This document shows, in pieces, positions 59,495 to 64,000 of a DNA stretch of 64,000 nt (within the stretch, counting starts at the first letter, position 1; every line of letters starts with the position of its first letter). The stretch comes from Alphaproteobacteria bacterium (GTDB lineage: Bacteria > Pseudomonadota > Alphaproteobacteria > Acetobacterales > Acetobacteraceae), in NCBI GenBank assembly GCA_026400815.1, contig JAPLOI010000006.1, forward strand, positions 38,133-102,132. The letters run 5' to 3'. The position numbers and the translations under genes were made by a program. The notes under the pieces are model-generated. The model saw only the letters and a list, made by a program, of their open reading frames with translations, made no database searches and was not told where the DNA came from.

Positions 59495-59785
59495 ATGCGT
59501 AGCATCCTCGCCTCCACCTTCGCCGTTCTGCTGAGCGCCGCCGTCGTGCTGCCCGCGATGGCCCAGGGTGGTGGCATCCAGGGCGGCGCTGCGACCCCGG
59601 CCGCGCCTGCCGCCGCGGCGGCCGCCACCCCCGCCAAGCCGGCCGAGACCGCCAAGGCGGCCGAGACGGCGAAACCCGGTGCCCCGGCCCGCGCCGGCGC
59701 CGTGGTGCATAAGGACAAGGCGGCCACCCCGGTTGCCGCCACCCCGGCCACCCCGGCCAAGCCGGTGGCCCCCAAGACGAACTGA
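59495..59785 (+). CDS. Small secreted Ala/Pro/Lys-rich low-complexity protein
   Basis: GGAGAG lies upstream of the ATG. A signal peptide is present (MRSILASTFAVLLSAAVVLPAMAQ). The gene is followed by a strong terminator. Confidence 0.55.
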   Translation: MRSILASTFAVLLSAAVVLPAMAQGGGIQGGAATPAAPAAAAAATPAKPAETAKAAETAKPGAPARAGAVVHKDKAATPVAATPATPAKPVAPKTN

Positions 59786-59817
59786 ACCCCCGCCCCTCCA
59801 CAAAGGGCTGCACAACG

Positions 59818-59853
59818 CGAGGACCGGGCATGCGCCCGGTCCTCGTTCGTTTG
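59818..59853 (+). terminator. Rho-independent terminator
   Basis: CGAGGACCGGGC-ATGC-GCCCGGTCCTCG forms a 12-bp stem and is followed by TTCGTTTGT. Confidence 0.65.
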
Positions 59854-59869
59854 TGGCCCGATCGTTTGC

Positions 59870-60430
59870 GTGCGAACGACCGAGTGCCTATATTTGGGTG
59901 ATCCGAAGCTGCCTGCAAAAACGCCGGAGACGACGGTGCCCACCGATCTCATCCCTGCCCTTGCCGCGGCCCCGCCGGGCGATGCGGTCCGCAGTTGCCC
60001 CCTCGATGGCTACACGGTCGAATCCCAGGCCGGGTTCCTGCTGCGCCGCGCCCACCAGCGCCAGACCGCCGTCTGGCAGGCCTGCATGGCCGAGGGGATC
60101 GGCGAGAAGGAACTCACGCCACGCCAGTTTTCCGCGCTGGTGAAGGTGGTGCTGCATGGCCGCGTGACGCAGAACCAGCTGGGCCGCATGGCCGCGATGG
60201 ACCCCGCCACGATCCAGGGCGTGGTGCGCCGGCTGATCGCGCGCGGCCTGGTGGATCGCGCGCTGGACCCGATGGACCGGCGCACGGCGGTGCTGACGGC
60301 CACGCCGGCCGGTGTGGCACTGGCCAGCCGCGGCGTGGCCCATGCGCGCCGCGCCACCGAAAAGACCCTCGCACCGCTCTCCGCTGCGGAGCGGCGCACC
60401 CTGCTTGACCTTCTCGCCAGGATCGCCTGA
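59870..60430 (+). CDS. MarR family transcriptional regulator
   Basis: LTPRQFSALVKVVLHGRVTQNQLGRMAAMDPATIQGVVRRLIARGLVDRALDPMDRRTAVLTAT matches the family. The GTG start is uncertain. Confidence 0.8.
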   Translation: MRTTECLYLGDPKLPAKTPETTVPTDLIPALAAAPPGDAVRSCPLDGYTVESQAGFLLRRAHQRQTAVWQACMAEGIGEKELTPRQFSALVKVVLHGRVTQNQLGRMAAMDPATIQGVVRRLIARGLVDRALDPMDRRTAVLTATPAGVALASRGVAHARRATEKTLAPLSAAERRTLLDLLARIA

Positions 60431-60434
60431 CGCC

Positions 60435-63400
60435 ATGACGCTCGGTTTCGGACTGGACTTTGCCCGGATGGCCACCCGCGACGGGCTGGTGGCGCTCGAC
60501 AAGCTGTTCCTGGAACGGCTGTCCGGAGACGAGGCGCTGTATCGGCGCCTGCTGGCGGCACGGGCCGAGCCGGACAGCCTGGATGCCAAGGCGGAAGGCG
60601 AGTTGGTGATCGCGCTGGGCGAGGCGCTGGAGCCGTTCCTGGGCGAGCTGTTCGGCATCGCGGCCGAGCTGGATGCGGCGGCGGCGGAGACGGCGGCGCT
60701 GGACCCGATCCACAGCGTGAAGCGGCTGTTCGTGCAGCGCCAGGCGGTGAAGAAATATGCCGATGCATCGGGCTTCGACGGCGCGGCGCTGCGGGCGGCG
60801 CTGGAAGCGCGGATGGGGGCGGCGCTGGATGAGCGCGGCTTCGCCGTGCAGGTGCAGCTTTGGGAGAAGAACGAAGTTGCCGACGCGCTGGACGAGGCAA
60901 TGCGCTACGCCGCCTGGGCGACGCTGACGCCGGCGGGGCGCGAGGCGCATGCCGGGGGCACGCTGTTCCGGGTGCCGGCGCGCATCGACACCAACAAGCT
61001 GGTGCCGGTGGAGACGATCGAGCGCGATGGCGTGACCATGCTGCGGCTGCCGGAGCACGCCCCGCTTGGATTTCATCACCGCGCGCGCGATGGCTTCGCG
61101 TTGACCGACCCCGGCATGGGCACGCAGCAGGCGCTGGACCAGGCGAATTACTGCATCTGGTGCCACGTGCAGGGCAAGGATTCCTGCAGCAAGGGATTGA
61201 AGGATCGCAAGACCGGCGAATTCCAGAAATCCCCCTTCGGCGTGACGCTGGCCGGGTGCCCGCTGGATGAGAAGATCAGCGAGATGCACACGCTGCGGGC
61301 GCAGGGGCATCTGCTCGGCGCCTTCGCCACCATCACGGTGGACAACCCGATGATGGCCGCCACCGGGCATCGTATCTGCAACGACTGCATGAAGGCCTGC
61401 ATCTACCAGAAGCAGGAGCCGGTCGATATTCCGCAGGCGGAGACGCATATCCTGCGCCAGGTGCTCGGCCTGCCCTGGGGGTTCGAGATCTATTCGCTGC
61501 TGACGCGCTGGAACCCGTTGAACATCCGCCGCCCGCTGCCGGCGAGCGACACCGGGCGCAAGGTGCTGGTGGTGGGGCTTGGCCCGGCCGGGTTCACTCT
61601 GGCGCATCACCTGATGAACGATGGCCACACCGTGGTGGCGGTGGATGGGCTGAAGATCGAGCCGCTGGGCATCGACGTGCTGGCACCGGTGCGCGACGTG
61701 GAGACGTTGTTCGAAAACCTGGACGACCGGGTGATGGCCGGGTTCGGCGGCGTGGCCGAGTACGGGATCACGGTCCGTTGGAACAAGAACTACCTGAAGC
61801 TGGTGCGGCTGCTGCTGGAACGGCGCGCGCAGTTCGCGCTGTTCGGCGGCGTGCGCTTCGGCGGCGGCGCCACGATGGGCATCGACGATGCCTGGGCAAT
61901 GGGGTTCGACCACATCGCGCTGTGCATGGGGGCGGGCCGGCCGACGGTGATCGACATGCCCGGCGGGTTGGCGCGCGGCGTGCGGCAGGCGAGCGACTTC
62001 CTGATGGCGTTGCAGCTGACGGGGGCGGCCAAGATGTCGTCCGTGGCCAATCTGCAGTTGCGCCTGCCGGTGGTGGTGATCGGCGGCGGGCTGACGGCGA
62101 TCGATACCGCCACCGAGGCGCTGGCGTATTACGTGCGCCAGGTGGAGAAATTCGCGCTGCGCCATCGCGTGCTGGTGGCCGAGCGTGGCGAAGCGGCGGT
62201 GCGGCGCGGCTGGAGTGCCGAGGAGGCGGAGATTGCCGCCGAGTTCCTGGCGCATGCCGAGCCGATCGCGGCCGAGCGCGCGGCGGCCGCGCGGGCCGGC
62301 CGGGCGCCGCATTTCGCGCCGTTGCTGGAGCAGTGGGGCGGGGCGACGCTGGCCTATCGCCGGCGCCTGCTGGATGCGCCGAGCTACACGCTGAACCATG
62401 AGGAAGTGGCCAAGGCGATGGAGGAAGGCGTGCGCTTCGCCGAGGGGCTGACGCCCGTGGCGGTGGAAACGGATGCGCATGGCCACGCCGCCGGGCTGCG
62501 CGTGACGCGCGCAGATGGCAGCGAGGCGGTGCTGCCGGCGCGCGCGGTGATCGTGGCCGCCGGCACCCAGCCCAACACCGTGCTGGCGCGCGAGGACGGG
62601 CGCATCAAGCTGGACGGCAAGTATTTCGAGGCGATCGACCTCTCCGGCGCCCGCGTGGCGCCGCAGCGCAGCCTTTCGAAGCCGGAACGGGCCGATGTGC
62701 TGATGCACCGGGCAGAAGACGGGCGCTTCATCTCCTTCTTCGGTGACCTGCATCCGAGCTTCTTCGGCAACGTGGTGAAGGCCATGGGCGGGGCCAAGCG
62801 CGGCTACCCCGTGGTGAGCAACGTGCTGGCCGCTCACGCGCCCACGCCGGTTTCCGGGGCGGAGCTGATTGCCGCCAGCCGCGCGGCGCTCTCCGCCACC
62901 GTGCACCAGGTGAACCGCCTGACGCCGACCATCGTGGAGGTGGTGCTGCATGCCCCCGCCGCCGCCCGCGCCTTCCAGCCCGGTCAGTTCTACCGGCTGC
63001 AGAACTACGAAATGCGCGCCAAGCGGCTGGATGAGCCGGGCATCGGCGCCACGCTGCTGGCGATGGAAGGCCTGGCGATGACCGGGGCCTGGACCGACCC
63101 GGAGCGTGGCCTGGTCTCGGTGATCGCGCTGGAGATGGGCGGCAGCTCCGACCTCTGTGCCTCCCTGCCCGTGGGTGAGCCCGTGGTGCTGATGGGGCCG
63201 ACCGGCACGGCCACCGAGATCCATGCCAACACAACGGTCGCCCTGGTGGGCGGCGGGCTGGGCAATGCGGTGCTGTTCTCCATCGGGGCGGCCACCCGCG
63301 TGGCGGGATCGAAGGTGATCTACTTCGCCGGCTACAAGGCGTTGCGCGATCGCTACAAGGTGGAGGAGATCGAGCGCGCGGCGGACGTGATCGTGTGGTG

Positions 63401-63887
63401 CTGCGATGAGGCGCCGGGCTTCCCGCCCACCCGCCCGCAGGACCGCACCTTCGTGGGCAACATCGTGCAGGCCATGGCGGCCTATGGCTCCGGCCAGCTC
63501 GGCGCACAGGCGGTGCCGCTGGCCGACGCCGAGCACATGATCGTCATCGGCTCCGACCGGATGATGGCGGCGGTGGGGGCCGCGCGGCATGGCGTGCTGC
63601 AGCCCCTCCTCAAGCCCGGCCATTCCGCCATCGGCTCCATCAACTCGCCGATGCAGTGCATGATGAAGGAGGTCTGCGCCCAGTGCCTCCAGCCGCACAC
63701 CGATCCGGTGACCGGGGTGCGAACCATCGTCTTCTCCTGCTTCAACCAGGACCAGGCGCTGGACCGGGTGGACTTCCCGGCGCTCAACGAGCGGCTGCGG
63801 CAGAACGGGCTGGTGGAGAAGATCACCGCGCAATGGATCGACCGCGCGCTGCGCAAGCTGGACGCCAGGCCCCTGGCGGCGGGTTAG
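60435..63887 (+). CDS. 1150-aa multidomain iron-sulfur flavoprotein: N-terminal domain of unknown function, a GltD/NfnB-like module and a PyrK/NfnA-like module
   Basis: Cys clusters are present (CIWCHVQGKDSC, GCP, CNDCMKAC). Rossmann motifs are VLVVGLGPAGFTLA and VVVIGGGLTAIDTA. A ferredoxin-reductase-like module (FQPGQFYRL, ALVGGGLGNAVL) and a C-terminal CMMKEVCAQC motif are also present. Confidence 0.8.
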   Translation: MTLGFGLDFARMATRDGLVALDKLFLERLSGDEALYRRLLAARAEPDSLDAKAEGELVIALGEALEPFLGELFGIAAELDAAAAETAALDPIHSVKRLFVQRQAVKKYADASGFDGAALRAALEARMGAALDERGFAVQVQLWEKNEVADALDEAMRYAAWATLTPAGREAHAGGTLFRVPARIDTNKLVPVETIERDGVTMLRLPEHAPLGFHHRARDGFALTDPGMGTQQALDQANYCIWCHVQGKDSCSKGLKDRKTGEFQKSPFGVTLAGCPLDEKISEMHTLRAQGHLLGAFATITVDNPMMAATGHRICNDCMKACIYQKQEPVDIPQAETHILRQVLGLPWGFEIYSLLTRWNPLNIRRPLPASDTGRKVLVVGLGPAGFTLAHHLMNDGHTVVAVDGLKIEPLGIDVLAPVRDVETLFENLDDRVMAGFGGVAEYGITVRWNKNYLKLVRLLLERRAQFALFGGVRFGGGATMGIDDAWAMGFDHIALCMGAGRPTVIDMPGGLARGVRQASDFLMALQLTGAAKMSSVANLQLRLPVVVIGGGLTAIDTATEALAYYVRQVEKFALRHRVLVAERGEAAVRRGWSAEEAEIAAEFLAHAEPIAAERAAAARAGRAPHFAPLLEQWGGATLAYRRRLLDAPSYTLNHEEVAKAMEEGVRFAEGLTPVAVETDAHGHAAGLRVTRADGSEAVLPARAVIVAAGTQPNTVLAREDGRIKLDGKYFEAIDLSGARVAPQRSLSKPERADVLMHRAEDGRFISFFGDLHPSFFGNVVKAMGGAKRGYPVVSNVLAAHAPTPVSGAELIAASRAALSATVHQVNRLTPTIVEVVLHAPAAARAFQPGQFYRLQNYEMRAKRLDEPGIGATLLAMEGLAMTGAWTDPERGLVSVIALEMGGSSDLCASLPVGEPVVLMGPTGTATEIHANTTVALVGGGLGNAVLFSIGAATRVAGSKVIYFAGYKALRDRYKVEEIERAADVIVWCCDEAPGFPPTRPQDRTFVGNIVQAMAAYGSGQLGAQAVPLADAEHMIVIGSDRMMAAVGAARHGVLQPLLKPGHSAIGSINSPMQCMMKEVCAQCLQPHTDPVTGVRTIVFSCFNQDQALDRVDFPALNERLRQNGLVEKITAQWIDRALRKLDARPLAAG

Positions 63888-63892
63888 CCCCT

Positions 63893-64000
63893 ATGACTAC
63901 AGTAAACGATCGCCTCGCCGTCTTCACCACCGGCTCGTGCAACCGCATGGGCATGGCGCGGGCGCTGATGGCCACGGTGCAGCATTGGTATCCGGAGGCC
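63893..64000 (+). CDS. Hypothetical protein (5' fragment; continues beyond the window)
   Basis: The ATG lies 6 nt after the preceding stop. The 36 visible codons read MTTVNDRLAVFTTGSCNRMGMARALMATVQHWYPEA. Confidence 0.3.
   Translation, partial: MTTVNDRLAVFTTGSCNRMGMARALMATVQHWYPEA

Overview
The window is very GC-rich and densely coding. It looks like ordinary chromosomal DNA from an alphaproteobacterium, because it carries gcrA, a coxB-ctaD-ctaB-ctaG-coxC-DUF983-SURF1 cluster and a PmtA-like methyltransferase. The composition and repeat content suggest Acetobacteraceae or another Rhodospirillales lineage, but that placement is only a guess. All gene calls come from reading the supplied translations for family-diagnostic motifs and checking start and stop codons in the DNA; no database search was run. 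About 60 protein genes are supported. They include housekeeping genes (rph, rdgB, hemW, rsmI, phoR-like, pepN, argD-argF, recX, gcrA, tatA, cspA), the aa3-type cytochrome oxidase cluster, a homogentisate pathway (FAD monooxygenase-DUF2783-hmgA-fahA), a putative MFS-prpE-membrane protein operon, and several small catabolic clusters. I saw no rRNA, tRNA, CRISPR array, transposase, integrase, prophage or recognisable defence system. The most unusual signals are non-genic. (1) A 1.23-kb cassette carrying a PEP-CTERM protein gene and an AT-rich promoter region lies between 172-bp direct repeats. Each repeat duplicates the last 16 codons of fahA, and the two copies differ there only at synonymous positions. 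(2) An AT-rich palindromic MITE-like repeat family has six copies or fragments, and these fit exactly between stop and start codons. (3) A GC-rich nested-palindrome element of about 210 bp is present twice. Protein-level items worth follow-up are a MarR-linked 1150-aa fusion resembling NfnB plus NfnA, a GatC/AtzG-like mini-ORF coupled to an amidase, a chemoreceptor with a C-terminal PilZ domain, and an RraA/amidohydrolase/91-aa ORF operon. Many very long ORFs in the six-frame track are antisense artefacts of the high GC content.
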